32,000 bases of DNA from Candidatus Pacearchaeota archaeon (GTDB lineage Archaea; Nanobdellota; Nanobdellia; Pacearchaeales; UBA284), in assembly GCA_026016245.1 (NCBI GenBank), contig CP061211.1, positions 540,001 through 572,000 on the forward strand. The letters are read 5' to 3'. The position numbers and the translations under genes are program-made. Below the pieces are notes generated by a model. That model was not told the origin of the DNA. It made no database searches and saw only the letters and a program-made list of their open reading frames with translations. Positions within the stretch are counted from its first letter, which is position 1; every line of letters starts with the position of its first letter. This document shows positions 1-9,015 of this stretch, one piece after another.

Positions 1-1568
1 GTTGTTCGTGTCGCATTTCTTAGATATCTGAAATTTTTATATTTGCTTTTTTTGAGATTGGGAAAAGATCCTCTTTTCTTTCCAAGATAAATACTTGCAT
101 TTCTTGCCTCTATGTTGATGAAAGACATGATTCTTTTTGCAGTCTTTAATGCTTTTTTTGAATTGTAAGGAATCCTTAATTTTATTAACATATCAGCAAA
201 ACCCATTATCCCTAAACCTATTTTTCTGTTTGCTTTGGTTATCTGTTCTATTTCAGGAAGAGGATATTTGTTTTTTTCTATCACATTGTCTAGAAAATGG
301 ATTGCTGTGTGGATAACTTTTCTTAGTTTTGTGTAGTTGATTTTTTCCTTCTCAACAAATTTTGACAAATTGATTGAGCCAAGATTACAAGATTCATATG
401 CAAGCAACGGAAGTTCCCCGCAAGGATTTGTTGCTTCTATTTTATCTAGTTTTGGTGTTGGTTGTTTTCTGTTAATTTCATCAATATATATCATCCCTGG
501 ATCCCCTGTTTTCCAGGCAGCTTTGTATATTTCGTTAAATAGTTTTTTTGCATCAATTTTTTTTGCTACTTTTCTTGTCCTAGGATTTATTAGATTAAAG
601 GTTTTGTTTTTTGTAGCGGCATTCATAAAAGAATCTGTTACAGCCACGCTTATGTTAAAGTTACTAAGCTGTCTTTCTTTTCCTTTTGCATGAATAAATT
701 CTTCTATGTCTGGATGTGTACAATGCAAGACAGCCATATTCGCCCCCCTTCTTTTACCACCTTGTTTTATTACATCTGTTGTCGCATCATAAATTTTGAT
801 AAAGCTGACTGGTCCTGATGCAACTCCTTTTGTGCTTTTAACTATGTCCCCTTTTGGCCTTAGGTTTGAGAATGAAAAGCCAGTGCCACCTCCAGATTGC
901 TGTATTTTTGCCATATCTTTAAGTGTTGTGAAAATGCTATCTAAACTGTCTTCTATTGGCAAGACAAAACATGCACTTAACTGTCCAATAGGTGTTCCAG
1001 CATTCATTAAAGTAGGGCTGTTAGGCAGGAATTCCAGATTTTTCATCATTTCTAAAAATTCTTTTTCAGTTTTTTTGGGATTCTGTCTAAATTTTTTGTC
1101 TGCACTTGCAACTGCTTTTGCAATTCTTTTAAACATTTGAGTCGGTGTTTCAATAATCTTGCCTTTATTATCCCTTAACAAATACCTTTCCTCCAAAACT
1201 TTTAATGCATTAGCACTGAATTTCATATCATCTTTAATTTTGAAGAAATTTCTAATTTCTCTTGCAGGATGTCTTGAACGCCTGTAGAGAGAATAGACTT
1301 TGAAAAGCCTTTCATTGTACTTTTCTAAAACTTCTTCTACTATCTCTTGTATCTGTTCAACTGTTGGTGTTTTTCTTTCCCATTTATTTATTCTTTCATT
1401 AAGCAAGAAAATAACATCAAAGGTAATTCTTCTAGCAGCTCTTTTGTTATCAAGGTCAAAAACTTTCATTGCTTTTATGATAGCATTAGTAATTTTTTTT
1501 GAATTGAAAGACACTATAGAACCGTCTCTTTTTCTTATTTTCTTGATTCTATTTTTCCTCTTTTTCAT
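1..1568 (-). CDS. nrdJ: Class II (adenosylcobalamin-dependent) ribonucleotide reductase, N-terminal ~522 aa; partial, runs off the left edge
   Basis: Hand translation of the minus strand from ATG at 1566-1568: MKKRKNRIKKIRKRDGSIVSFNS (ATP-cone-like start), ALKVLEERYLLRD, GGGTGFSFSNLRPKGD, DVIKQGGKRRGANMAVLHCTHPDIEEFI, EATNPCGELPLLAYESCNLGSINL. The frame stays open to position 1. It is absent from the ORF track because no stop lies in the window. The + ORFs 337-693, 796-1140 and 1300-1671 are antisense shadows. Confidence 0.8.
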   Translation of the reverse strand, partial: MKKRKNRIKKIRKRDGSIVSFNSKKITNAIIKAMKVFDLDNKRAARRITFDVIFLLNERINKWERKTPTVEQIQEIVEEVLEKYNERLFKVYSLYRRSRHPAREIRNFFKIKDDMKFSANALKVLEERYLLRDNKGKIIETPTQMFKRIAKAVASADKKFRQNPKKTEKEFLEMMKNLEFLPNSPTLMNAGTPIGQLSACFVLPIEDSLDSIFTTLKDMAKIQQSGGGTGFSFSNLRPKGDIVKSTKGVASGPVSFIKIYDATTDVIKQGGKRRGANMAVLHCTHPDIEEFIHAKGKERQLSNFNISVAVTDSFMNAATKNKTFNLINPRTRKVAKKIDAKKLFNEIYKAAWKTGDPGMIYIDEINRKQPTPKLDKIEATNPCGELPLLAYESCNLGSINLSKFVEKEKINYTKLRKVIHTAIHFLDNVIEKNKYPLPEIEQITKANRKIGLGIMGFADMLIKLRIPYNSKKALKTAKRIMSFINIEARNASIYLGKKRGSFPNLKKSKYKNFRYLRNATRT

Positions 1569-1674
1569 GTTTAAGAAAAGGTATTTGATTTTAAAAGCCT
1601 TTTCTATCACATACTTTCTTTTATATTTTTTAAATTATAATGATACTTATAAATCTGATAAATTTCTATAGAGA

Positions 1675-2172
1675 ATGAAAAGGCCTGAAAAAGATATTTA
1701 CTATTTGGGTATTGCGAGGCAGATAGCTAGAAGAGGAACTTGCCTGAGAAGAAGGATTGGGGCTATAATTGTTAAAAATGATGCTGTTATTTCTAGTGGC
1801 TATGCTGGGGCTCCTAGAGGAACCCCAAATTGCATAGACTTGAAAGAGTGTGTAAGAGATAAATTAAATATAAAAAGGGGGCAGAGATATGAATTATGCA
1901 GAAGTGTTCATGCTGAAGCAAACACGATAATAAATGCTGCAAGAACTGGAGCTAATATTCTTGGAGGTATGATGTATCTTTTTATGGAACACCCTGATGG
2001 AACCATTCTTTATGATAAACCTTGTAAGATGTGCAGAAGAATGATCATTAATGCAGGAATCAAAGAAGTAGTTGTGCCTTGGAAAGGGGGTATTAAAAGA
2101 TATGAAGTAAAGAACTGGGTAAAAGAATCAAGAAAAGATCCATTTAAGGAGGTTAGAGAAGAAGGATATTAA
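1675..2172 (+). CDS. dCMP (deoxycytidylate) deaminase, zinc-dependent
   Basis: CMP/dCMP deaminase zinc motifs VHAEANTI and PCKMCRRMIINAGIKEVV; size 165 aa. Confidence 0.85.
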   Translation: MKRPEKDIYYLGIARQIARRGTCLRRRIGAIIVKNDAVISSGYAGAPRGTPNCIDLKECVRDKLNIKRGQRYELCRSVHAEANTIINAARTGANILGGMMYLFMEHPDGTILYDKPCKMCRRMIINAGIKEVVVPWKGGIKRYEVKNWVKESRKDPFKEVREEGY

Positions 2173-3701
2173 AATCCATTAATTTTCTTTTGTTCTTTTT
2201 CTTTTATATTATCTTCAAAATCTTTTCTCATATCTTCCAGGGCCTCATACATCTTTTTTTCTTTATGATAAGCTGCCCAGTGATAACTTTCATCTCTTGT
2301 TCCCTTTGTCATCAAAATTATTAGCTTGCCTGGTTTTAGTCTTGCTGTTCTTCCTGTTCTTTGGATTTTCCTTATTGCACTTGGAATTGGCTCATAGAAT
2401 ATTACGAGATCAACTTCAGGAATATCTAAACCTTCTTCACCTATACTTGTTGAAACTAAAATATTAATCTTGCCTTGTTTGAATTCTCTTAGAATGGCTT
2501 GTTGCTCAATTTGTGTTAAGCCATTGGTTTTCCTTTTTGCTTGTCCTATAAATACTTTTGATTTTATTCTCTGCGATTCAAGAATCTGAGAAATTTTATT
2601 TACACTATCCCTATATTGGGAAAAAACAATTGCCCTCAATTCCTTGTTCTGTTTAATTTCCTCTTTTATTATTTCTTTCAATTTCTCAAACTTTGGATGC
2701 TCTATATTATTTCCAAATAGTTTCATCAAAATTAAGTATGAATCAGTAAAAGCTTTAGAATTTACAAGTTGTTTTACAGCCTTGCTTTTTCCTTGTTCTG
2801 CTTGCTCAAATAAATTCTGCATATAATTATGACTAGCTTCAATACCCTGGGTCTCAATTAATTCGAGGAGATGTTGTAATTTTATAGCCTGCGCGCATAC
2901 ACTAACTCCTCTAAGAATATTGAAATGTCTGTTTCCAGAACCAATCATTCTCTGCAGCTTTTTTTGTAGATCTATTATATTTGTTTTGGTTGCTCTTGAA
3001 AATAAGAGCTTTCTATTCTTTAACTCATCAACTCTTTTTTTATAAACTTCTTGTAAGAGAAACCTTATATTTTGCAGTTCTTTTGTCAATTCAACCTTTA
3101 CTATTTTTTTCTCGAGTTTTTGTAAATAGGGTTTAACATCAGGGCTTTCTCTTGTTCTGATTTCTACAGCATCTATTCCTAGATTCTTACATACTCTTTT
3201 TATTATAGTGGCGTCACTACCCGGACTTGCTGTAAGCCCAAGAAGTCTGGATTTTTCTGCTTCTTTCAAGTATCTTTTAGCAACATAAACATAAGCATAA
3301 TTTTTCAGGCATCTATGAACTTCATCCTCAATTAACAGAGAAACATTTTCCAAGGCTATTCTTTCATACTTCAAATCATTTTCAATGCATTGTGGTGTAG
3401 AAAAGATGATTTTTGCATTTTTCCATATCTCTTTTCTTATGCTAGGATTAATTTTTCCAGTAAAAATGTGACTTTCATATTTTTTTTGCATATTTTTTTT
3501 GAAATAATTGTAGTGCTGTTCTACTAATGGGCGTGTTGGAGCAAGGAATAGGATTTTTGAATCTGGAAATTTTTCAAGTCTGTGAGAAGCTAAGAGAAAG
3601 GCTATGAGGGTTTTGCCAAGACCTGTTGGAAGTACAACTAAGGTATTGTGTTTTTTAGCTGTTTTAAAAATAGCTTCCTGATATGCCCTTGGCCTTTCCA
3701 T
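2169..3701 (-). CDS. Hef/ERCC4-related SF2 helicase (helicase domains only, no nuclease domain)
   Basis: Motif I VLPTGLGKT, motif II DEVH, motif III TASPG, motif VI QRTGRTAR. The track start at 3707 is GTG; the ATG at 3701 (MERPRAYQ) is more likely. The stop overlaps the deaminase stop by 4 nt (convergent). Confidence 0.8.
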   Translation of the reverse strand: MERPRAYQEAIFKTAKKHNTLVVLPTGLGKTLIAFLLASHRLEKFPDSKILFLAPTRPLVEQHYNYFKKNMQKKYESHIFTGKINPSIRKEIWKNAKIIFSTPQCIENDLKYERIALENVSLLIEDEVHRCLKNYAYVYVAKRYLKEAEKSRLLGLTASPGSDATIIKRVCKNLGIDAVEIRTRESPDVKPYLQKLEKKIVKVELTKELQNIRFLLQEVYKKRVDELKNRKLLFSRATKTNIIDLQKKLQRMIGSGNRHFNILRGVSVCAQAIKLQHLLELIETQGIEASHNYMQNLFEQAEQGKSKAVKQLVNSKAFTDSYLILMKLFGNNIEHPKFEKLKEIIKEEIKQNKELRAIVFSQYRDSVNKISQILESQRIKSKVFIGQAKRKTNGLTQIEQQAILREFKQGKINILVSTSIGEEGLDIPEVDLVIFYEPIPSAIRKIQRTGRTARLKPGKLIILMTKGTRDESYHWAAYHKEKKMYEALEDMRKDFEDNIKEKEQKKINGF

Positions 3702-3723
3702 ATCCACTTTAGGTTTTGAAAGT

Positions 3724-4131
3724 TTATAAAGAATTCTTTATTTTATCTGCTATTTTTTGTAATTCTTCTTTGGACTTTACTTTTCCAGGCCAAAGTTTGT
3801 AACCATCACCTTCAAATCTTGGCATAATGTGGACATGTAAATGAAAAAAAGATTGGCCTGCTATTTTTTTATTATTGATTCCTATATTAAATCCTGGGGC
3901 ATTTAATACTTCAGTGATTGTTTTGCTTAGTTTTTGGACAACCCCCATCATCTCACAAAGAATATTTTGTGGAATATCTAAAAGATTTTCATAATGCTTT
4001 TTTGGAATTACAAGAGCATGTCCTGGATTTACTGGTTGAATGTCAAGAAATGCAAAAAAATCATCATCCTCATAAATTTTATAAGAAGGAATTTCTCCTG
4101 TGGCAATTTTACAGAATATACAATCAGGCAT
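3724..4131 (-). CDS. HIT-family nucleotide hydrolase/transferase
   Basis: Histidine triad HLHVHIMPR; N-terminal CIFCKI and PVNPGHALVIPKKH are typical of Hint-like proteins. Confidence 0.85.
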   Translation of the reverse strand: MPDCIFCKIATGEIPSYKIYEDDDFFAFLDIQPVNPGHALVIPKKHYENLLDIPQNILCEMMGVVQKLSKTITEVLNAPGFNIGINNKKIAGQSFFHLHVHIMPRFEGDGYKLWPGKVKSKEELQKIADKIKNSL

Positions 4132-4137
4132 TTTATT

Positions 4138-4272
4138 TTAGCCGATATAACGACTTATAATCTCTTTATCTTCTTGGGTAAATTGGTCAATAGAATCAGA
4201 ATCTGTTAGTTCTTTTTCAAGTTCAAGTATTTCCTCAGCCTCTGTTTTGTCTTTTTTCCTTTTCTTTTTCAT
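4138..4272 (-). CDS. Possible small acidic protein (44 aa), hypothetical
   Basis: Internal ATG of track ORF 4138-4362; the upstream part of that ORF is the tRNA-Ala gene and cannot be coding. Product MKKKRKKDKTEAEEILELEKELTDSDSIDQFTQEDKEIISRYIG. No recognisable family. Confidence 0.25.
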   Translation of the reverse strand: MKKKRKKDKTEAEEILELEKELTDSDSIDQFTQEDKEIISRYIG

Positions 4273-4320
4273 TGTAACCACCAACATAAGAAGTTGAAGT
4301 TTATAATTCTTTCTGAGAAA

Positions 4321-4392
4321 TGGACTCGCCGGGATTCGAACCCGGAACCTCACCCTAGCCAAGGGCGCATTCGACCATTGAACTACGAGCCC
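4321..4392 (-). tRNA. tRNA-Ala (anticodon GGC)
   Basis: Minus-strand cloverleaf by hand: acceptor GGGCUCG/CGAGUCC with the Ala identity pair G3:U70, anticodon stem CGCCC/GGGUG, loop UUGGCUA, T arm CCGGG-UUCGAAU-CCCGG, discriminator A. No encoded CCA and no intron. Confidence 0.9.
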
Positions 4393-4425
4393 ACAATTTA
4401 AGAAATGGGAAGAGGTTTTTAATTT

Positions 4426-4950
4426 TTAAGGTTTTATTTTTGTGACAAAAGCTGTTATTTCTTGAATTCCCTGATTGCCAATGATTAAATATAATGTAAA
4501 TAAAAGCAATATAATGAAAAAGATTTGTTCTGAAATAGTTCCTGTGCTTATTTTCCACTTTAAGTGAAAGGTTTTTGATTTCCAAAGCCATTTTATTCCA
4601 GAGATGTTTAAGGAATCTGCTGCTAGATGCATAAAATAGCCTATTGGCAGTGCTATGGAGAAGATAAGGGGGGCATTGATGAAGTAAACAATAACAAAAG
4701 AGATAACAAAAAAGATTAACAAGCCATAAATGCTATGCCAAAAACCTCTGTGTTTTGAGAAGGCTGCAACACCTCTACCAAATCCAAGCAGATAGTTTCT
4801 ATTCACATAACTTCTTGGAGAATCTATGTCTGGAAGAATAGCTCCAAAACACAAAACTAAAGTAAAAATTATTGAAAATTGTATTGGAAAGATGGTTATG
4901 AATAAAAGATAAAAGAAAAGTGCAAAGAGAATATGTGTACGGAACATCAT
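4426..4950 (-). CDS. YdjM/DUF457-type membrane-bound metal-dependent hydrolase
   Basis: Multi-TM protein with N-terminal MMFRTHILFAL, LPDIDSP and HRGFWHS motifs characteristic of that family. Confidence 0.65.
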   Translation of the reverse strand: MMFRTHILFALFFYLLFITIFPIQFSIIFTLVLCFGAILPDIDSPRSYVNRNYLLGFGRGVAAFSKHRGFWHSIYGLLIFFVISFVIVYFINAPLIFSIALPIGYFMHLAADSLNISGIKWLWKSKTFHLKWKISTGTISEQIFFIILLLFTLYLIIGNQGIQEITAFVTKIKP

Positions 4951-4951
4951 T

Positions 4952-6445
4952 TTACATTATATTTTTTAATTCAACAAGAAGAGTGCCTATCTTAACTCGT
5001 TTTTGTTTCATGCTATCCCTTTCTCTTATTGTTACTGTGTCATCTTTAAGAGTTTGGCTGTCTATTGTTATGCAATAAGGTGTTCCTATCTCATCTTGTC
5101 TTCTGTAGCGTCTGCCTATTGCTCCTGTTTCATCATAAAAACATAAAAGGTCTTTTTTCAATATATTATAAACTTCTTTGGCTTTTTCTGGCATTGCTTC
5201 TCTACTTACAAGAGGGAATATTGCTATGTCTATTGGGGAAACTGTTATGGGAAATGAGAATACTGTTCTTTCTTTTTCCTCTTTAAAGAAAATATCCATT
5301 AAGGCCCAGATGTCTCTATCGATTCCTAAGCTGATTTCTAAAACATGAGGGATAAATTTTTTGTTATTATAGAAAATCTTAAGATTTTCTTTACTGTATT
5401 TTTCATGCCCCCCCAAATCATGATCTGTTCTGTAATGGACCCCCCCAACTTCTCTAAATTCGCCAAGAGTTTCAAGTTCTAATTCAACATCCCAATGGAT
5501 CTTATTGTAGAATGCTCTTTCCTTCTCACTCAATTCTCTAAGTCTGAACTTACTTTTTGGTATTTTTAGTTGTTCAATATAGAATTTTTGTGCCAGAGCG
5601 AGATTTTTGACATAAAATTTTGGTAACTTAAGTTTTTTGTTCGTATCTTCGCAGGTTATTTCTTTTACTTTCTTTTCCTTTTGTGGAAGCATGATTAATT
5701 TGTATTTTGAAATTTGTTTCCATTCTTCTTTATCTAATCTATTTATTTCTGCAGGATCAAAGAAAATTTGGAGTTCTGCCTGATGGAATTCTTTCATCCT
5801 GGTTATTAGCTGTCTGGGAGAGAGTTCGTTTCTAAAAGCTTTTCCTATAATAGCTATACCTAAAGGTAATTTTTTCCTCGTTGCCTCAAATTCCCTTTTG
5901 AAAGCAAGATAAGAGGCTTGTGCTGTTTCTGGCGTCAAATAAGCCATGTCCTTTATTCCTACAGCTCCTAGCTGTATTGGGAACATCATATTGAACCATT
6001 TTACCTGTCCTAGGTGCCAAGATCCACATTTAGGACATTTTAATTTATTTTTTCTTATTAAATCAGACATTTCTTCTGGTGTCAATTCTTCAACCTTTAT
6101 TTTTAGCCTGCTTTCAAGAAATTGATCTGCTCTGAATCTAAAATGACAGGTTTTGCATTCAACTAAAGGATCATTAAAATGCTCAAGATGACCTGAAGCA
6201 ATAAAAACTTTTTCTGGTAGAATAACCGAAGACCCAATCTCATAATAATTTTCATTACTTTTTATAAAATATTCCTTCCAGAGATTCTCAAATTTGTTTT
6301 TCATGGCTTTACCAAGGTGGCCATAGCTAAGCAGTCCGGCCTTTCCTCCATAAATTTCAGCTGTAGGCCAGAAAAATCCCCTTTTGAGGGCTATTGTTGT
6401 TATTTTACTTAATTTCTCTACAGCTTCTTTCTCTTTTTTTCTCAT
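4952..6445 (-). CDS. glyS: Glycine--tRNA ligase (archaeal/eukaryotic dimeric type)
   Basis: RGFFWPTAEIYGG, GLLSYGHLG, class II core FRNELSPRQLITRMKEFHQAE, C-terminal anticodon-binding region RRYRRQDEIGTPYCITID. Confidence 0.9.
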   Translation of the reverse strand: MRKKEKEAVEKLSKITTIALKRGFFWPTAEIYGGKAGLLSYGHLGKAMKNKFENLWKEYFIKSNENYYEIGSSVILPEKVFIASGHLEHFNDPLVECKTCHFRFRADQFLESRLKIKVEELTPEEMSDLIRKNKLKCPKCGSWHLGQVKWFNMMFPIQLGAVGIKDMAYLTPETAQASYLAFKREFEATRKKLPLGIAIIGKAFRNELSPRQLITRMKEFHQAELQIFFDPAEINRLDKEEWKQISKYKLIMLPQKEKKVKEITCEDTNKKLKLPKFYVKNLALAQKFYIEQLKIPKSKFRLRELSEKERAFYNKIHWDVELELETLGEFREVGGVHYRTDHDLGGHEKYSKENLKIFYNNKKFIPHVLEISLGIDRDIWALMDIFFKEEKERTVFSFPITVSPIDIAIFPLVSREAMPEKAKEVYNILKKDLLCFYDETGAIGRRYRRQDEIGTPYCITIDSQTLKDDTVTIRERDSMKQKRVKIGTLLVELKNIM

Positions 6446-6483
6446 GCTTATATTTGTAATGATATTTATTTAAATTTTATTAA

Positions 6484-7083
6484 TTATTCTTCCTCACTTT
6501 CTTCTTCTTTTTCTTCCTCTTCCTCTTCTTCAGCTTTTGGTTCTAGAAATTGTAAAATCCAGAAAAAGAGAACAGTCACAATGAAAAGGAAAAGCACTGC
6601 TGGAAGAAGTGATAGATTTATAGGAATGTTAGAATAGATAAGGACAATACTAATGACACCAATATAATTCATGATTAATGCAGATGAAAGTCCAAATGCA
6701 AATCTCTTTGAAACAAGATGAAAAAAGTTTAGGACTAGCAAGAAGATGCTTTCAAGAAGGATTATGAACGCAATAAATGTTTTCTGGGAGGCTACTTCTA
6801 GTACTTCTGGAGCAACTGTTGTTAAACCCACAAGCATATTTTTTGAGTAAAGAAAAGAAGCTAAATTCATACCAACAAAAAATAACACTATAGAGTTACT
6901 CACAGCGCTATTCCATCCAAGCTTTTCTTCTTTATACCTGCCAAAATATAATTCCATTAAGAATAAAGCCACCAGCAAGGGAAGCAGAATCCACAACATC
7001 TCTGTATTTATTAGCGGTTGTTTTAATATGTCTACGGTTCTTTCTAACATCAAGTTTATTGCTGTTTCAAGGCCACTTACCAT
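6484..7083 (-). CDS. Hypothetical polytopic membrane protein with poly-Glu C-terminal tail
   Basis: About 5-6 hydrophobic segments; ends EPKAEEEEEEEKEEESEEE. No recognised family. Confidence 0.55.
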   Translation of the reverse strand: MVSGLETAINLMLERTVDILKQPLINTEMLWILLPLLVALFLMELYFGRYKEEKLGWNSAVSNSIVLFFVGMNLASFLYSKNMLVGLTTVAPEVLEVASQKTFIAFIILLESIFLLVLNFFHLVSKRFAFGLSSALIMNYIGVISIVLIYSNIPINLSLLPAVLFLFIVTVLFFWILQFLEPKAEEEEEEEKEEESEEE

Positions 7084-7090
7084 CTCCTAT

Positions 7091-7672
7091 TTACCTCTTT
7101 TTCTTCTTCTTTGTTTTAGTTTTTTGTATTTTTAACTTTTTCCAACTATTTTTTATTATGAATGCTACTATATAGATGATCATAATGCCAGTAACCACAT
7201 CACTAAGATAATGTAAGCCAAACCATATTCTCGTGAAAATAATTAAACAAGATATTATAAGCCAGATTATTTTAAGGTATTTTTCTTTTTTATAATCCAA
7301 AAATGGAAGAATAGTAAAAATTAAAGGATGACCAGAAGGGAAAGAGTCCTGTGATCCAGGTAAAAAGGGCCTGGGTCTCAATATTATATTTTTTAATAAT
7401 AAGATTAATATCAAGGAGATAAGGAAAGTAATAGTGAATGGTAAAATGTTTTTTCTTTTTTTCCAAAAAACAATTCCAAAAGTGGATAATATCACAAGAG
7501 GATAGTAGATAAATGCATCTTCAATAAATAGGAGCCATGAAAAGAAAGTATCCATAACAGGATTCCTAATAGACTGTATTAAAAAAAAGATTTGGTTATC
7601 TAACATAAGACTTACAATAAAAACAATGATAGCTATAATAAAAAAAATAATTGTTTTTGCCTCTTTCTTCAT
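7091..7672 (-). CDS. PAP2-family (type 2 phosphatidic acid/undecaprenyl-diphosphate) phosphatase
   Basis: The three PAP2 motifs: KNIILRPRP, SFPSGH, TRIWFGLHYLSDV. Confidence 0.75.
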   Translation of the reverse strand: MKKEAKTIIFFIIAIIVFIVSLMLDNQIFFLIQSIRNPVMDTFFSWLLFIEDAFIYYPLVILSTFGIVFWKKRKNILPFTITFLISLILILLLKNIILRPRPFLPGSQDSFPSGHPLIFTILPFLDYKKEKYLKIIWLIISCLIIFTRIWFGLHYLSDVVTGIMIIYIVAFIIKNSWKKLKIQKTKTKKKKKR

Positions 7673-7720
7673 TCTGTTTCTTATCTAAAGATATTTAAAT
7701 AATTTTGTTATGATAAGATT

Positions 7721-8245
7721 ATGGAAAAAGAGATCAAGGAAATTCTTTTAAGATATTTTATTGGGGTGGTTGTTGCCATCATTGCTTTATTTGTTCCTTT
7801 ATTTTATTTTATTTTTAGACCCTTAACAGTTTGGCCAACTTTTTTGATTTTAGATATTTTTTATGATGTTTCTTTGAATGCTTTGGATAATATTGTGGTG
7901 GAGGGATTTACAATAGAATTTATAGATGCTTGTATTGCTGGTAGTGCTTATTTTCTATTATTTTTGTTGAATGTTTTGACTTTTGGAATAGGTCTAAAGA
8001 AGAGATTTTTTATCTTTATTTTTAATGCTGCTCTTTTATTAATTATGAATATACTAAGACTTGTTATTCTTATTGTTCTTGTTGTTAATGGATCAGCAAT
8101 CTTTGATGTGACACATAAGGTATTTTGGTATGGGATAAGCACAGGATATGTTGCTCTGATTTGGATTCTTACAGTTGTAGTTTTTAAGATAAAGGCTATT
8201 CCATTTATTTCTGATATTAGATTAATTTTAAGTAAGAAGAGATGA
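7721..8245 (+). CDS. Miniature exosortase/archaeosortase-family protein (174 aa)
   Basis: Polytopic protein with candidate Cys-Arg-His catalytic residues in the family's typical contexts: IDACIAGSAYF (compare CSG motif), MNILRLVIL (compare NxxRI) and DVTHKVFWYG. Confidence 0.55.
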   Translation: MEKEIKEILLRYFIGVVVAIIALFVPLFYFIFRPLTVWPTFLILDIFYDVSLNALDNIVVEGFTIEFIDACIAGSAYFLLFLLNVLTFGIGLKKRFFIFIFNAALLLIMNILRLVILIVLVVNGSAIFDVTHKVFWYGISTGYVALIWILTVVVFKIKAIPFISDIRLILSKKR

Positions 8246-8719
8246 TTAGATTAACCTGAATAGTGTTATTATTCCTGTTGTAGCTAATGTTACAATTATT
8301 CCTGCTATTATTATTCCTAATGCTATAGCCAGGAAACTTCTTCTTCTTTTTAGGTTTAGAAGCCATGCTATTAAGGTGCCAGTCCATGCTCCTGTTATTG
8401 GTAAGGGGATAGCCACAAAAAAGGTTAGAGCTATGATACCATAAGTTTGATAATTTCTCTCGACTTTTTTCTTTCTTGTTCTTATTCTTTTTAAGAATAT
8501 ATCAAATGTTTTTTTGTAAGGCTTGATTTTAAGCAGGTGTTTGTGGAGATAGTCAAGAAATAAGAAAATAGGGAGAATAATGATTATATTGGCGAGAGTA
8601 CAGAAAATAAAAGCAGTTAAGGGATTAATGCCATGTGCAATTGCAAAAGGTATGCCTCCTCTTAGTTCTATTATAGGTAGAAGACTGATGAGCATACCAG
8701 CTAAAAGAGAGTCCATCAT
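8246..8719 (-). CDS. Small membrane protein, COG2426/Sm_multidrug_ex-like
   Basis: LLPIIELRGGIPFAIAHGINP motif. The track start at 8731 is TTG and overlaps P1; the ATG at 8719 (MMDSLL) avoids the overlap. The stop abuts the stop of the + gene at 8245. Confidence 0.6.
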   Translation of the reverse strand: MMDSLLAGMLISLLPIIELRGGIPFAIAHGINPLTAFIFCTLANIIIILPIFLFLDYLHKHLLKIKPYKKTFDIFLKRIRTRKKKVERNYQTYGIIALTFFVAIPLPITGAWTGTLIAWLLNLKRRRSFLAIALGIIIAGIIVTLATTGIITLFRLI

Positions 8720-8723
8720 ATTT

Positions 8724-9005
8724 CTAGCCAAATAATGCAGCTAGACCTTCTGCAGCTTCTTCTTTCTTTTCCTCTTTCTTCTCTTCCTTCTTCTCTTCAG
8801 GTTTGGCTGCTGGAGCTGTTACCGGCATTGCTGCAGCTTCCTTCAATGCTTTTTCTATGTCTACCCCTTTCAAACTAGCTATCACTGTCTTTAGTCTGGA
8901 TTCATCTACTGTAGAACCTGCTGCTTCCATCACTTTCTTAAGGTTCTCTTCAGTTATTTCCTTCCCAAGTTTATGCAATAATAAAGCCGCATATACATAT
9001 TCCAT
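8724..9005 (-). CDS. rpl12: Ribosomal stalk protein P1 (aL12)
   Basis: [11 protein letters not shown] start, Ala/Pro hinge, [14 protein letters not shown] acidic region and conserved GLAALFG C-terminus. GGAGGA Shine-Dalgarno 4 nt upstream. Confidence 0.9.
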   Translation of the reverse strand: MEYVYAALLLHKLGKEITEENLKKVMEAAGSTVDESRLKTVIASLKGVDIEKALKEAAAMPVTAPAAKPEEKKEEKKEEKKEEAAEGLAALFG

Positions 9006-9015
9006 TTTTCCTCCA

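Noticed and set aside
337-1671. Three + strand track ORFs (337-693, 796-1140, 1300-1671)
   Set aside because: They lie antisense to a continuous, motif-rich class II RNR reading frame on the minus strand. Their products are low-complexity Phe/Leu/Ser-rich strings typical of shadow ORFs in AT-rich DNA.
4138-4591. Track ORFs 4138-4362 (N-terminal part) and 4355-4591
   Set aside because: Both run through the tRNA-Ala(GGC) gene (4321-4392) or antisense to or within the YdjM-like gene. Only the distal 44 codons of the first are kept, as a low-confidence small ORF.
6484-6545. GAA/GAG-rich repeat (also at 17520-17554 and 8740-8800)
   Set aside because: These are in-frame poly-Glu / Glu-Lys tails of coding sequences (membrane protein, Spt5, P1). 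They are not satellite or CRISPR repeats.
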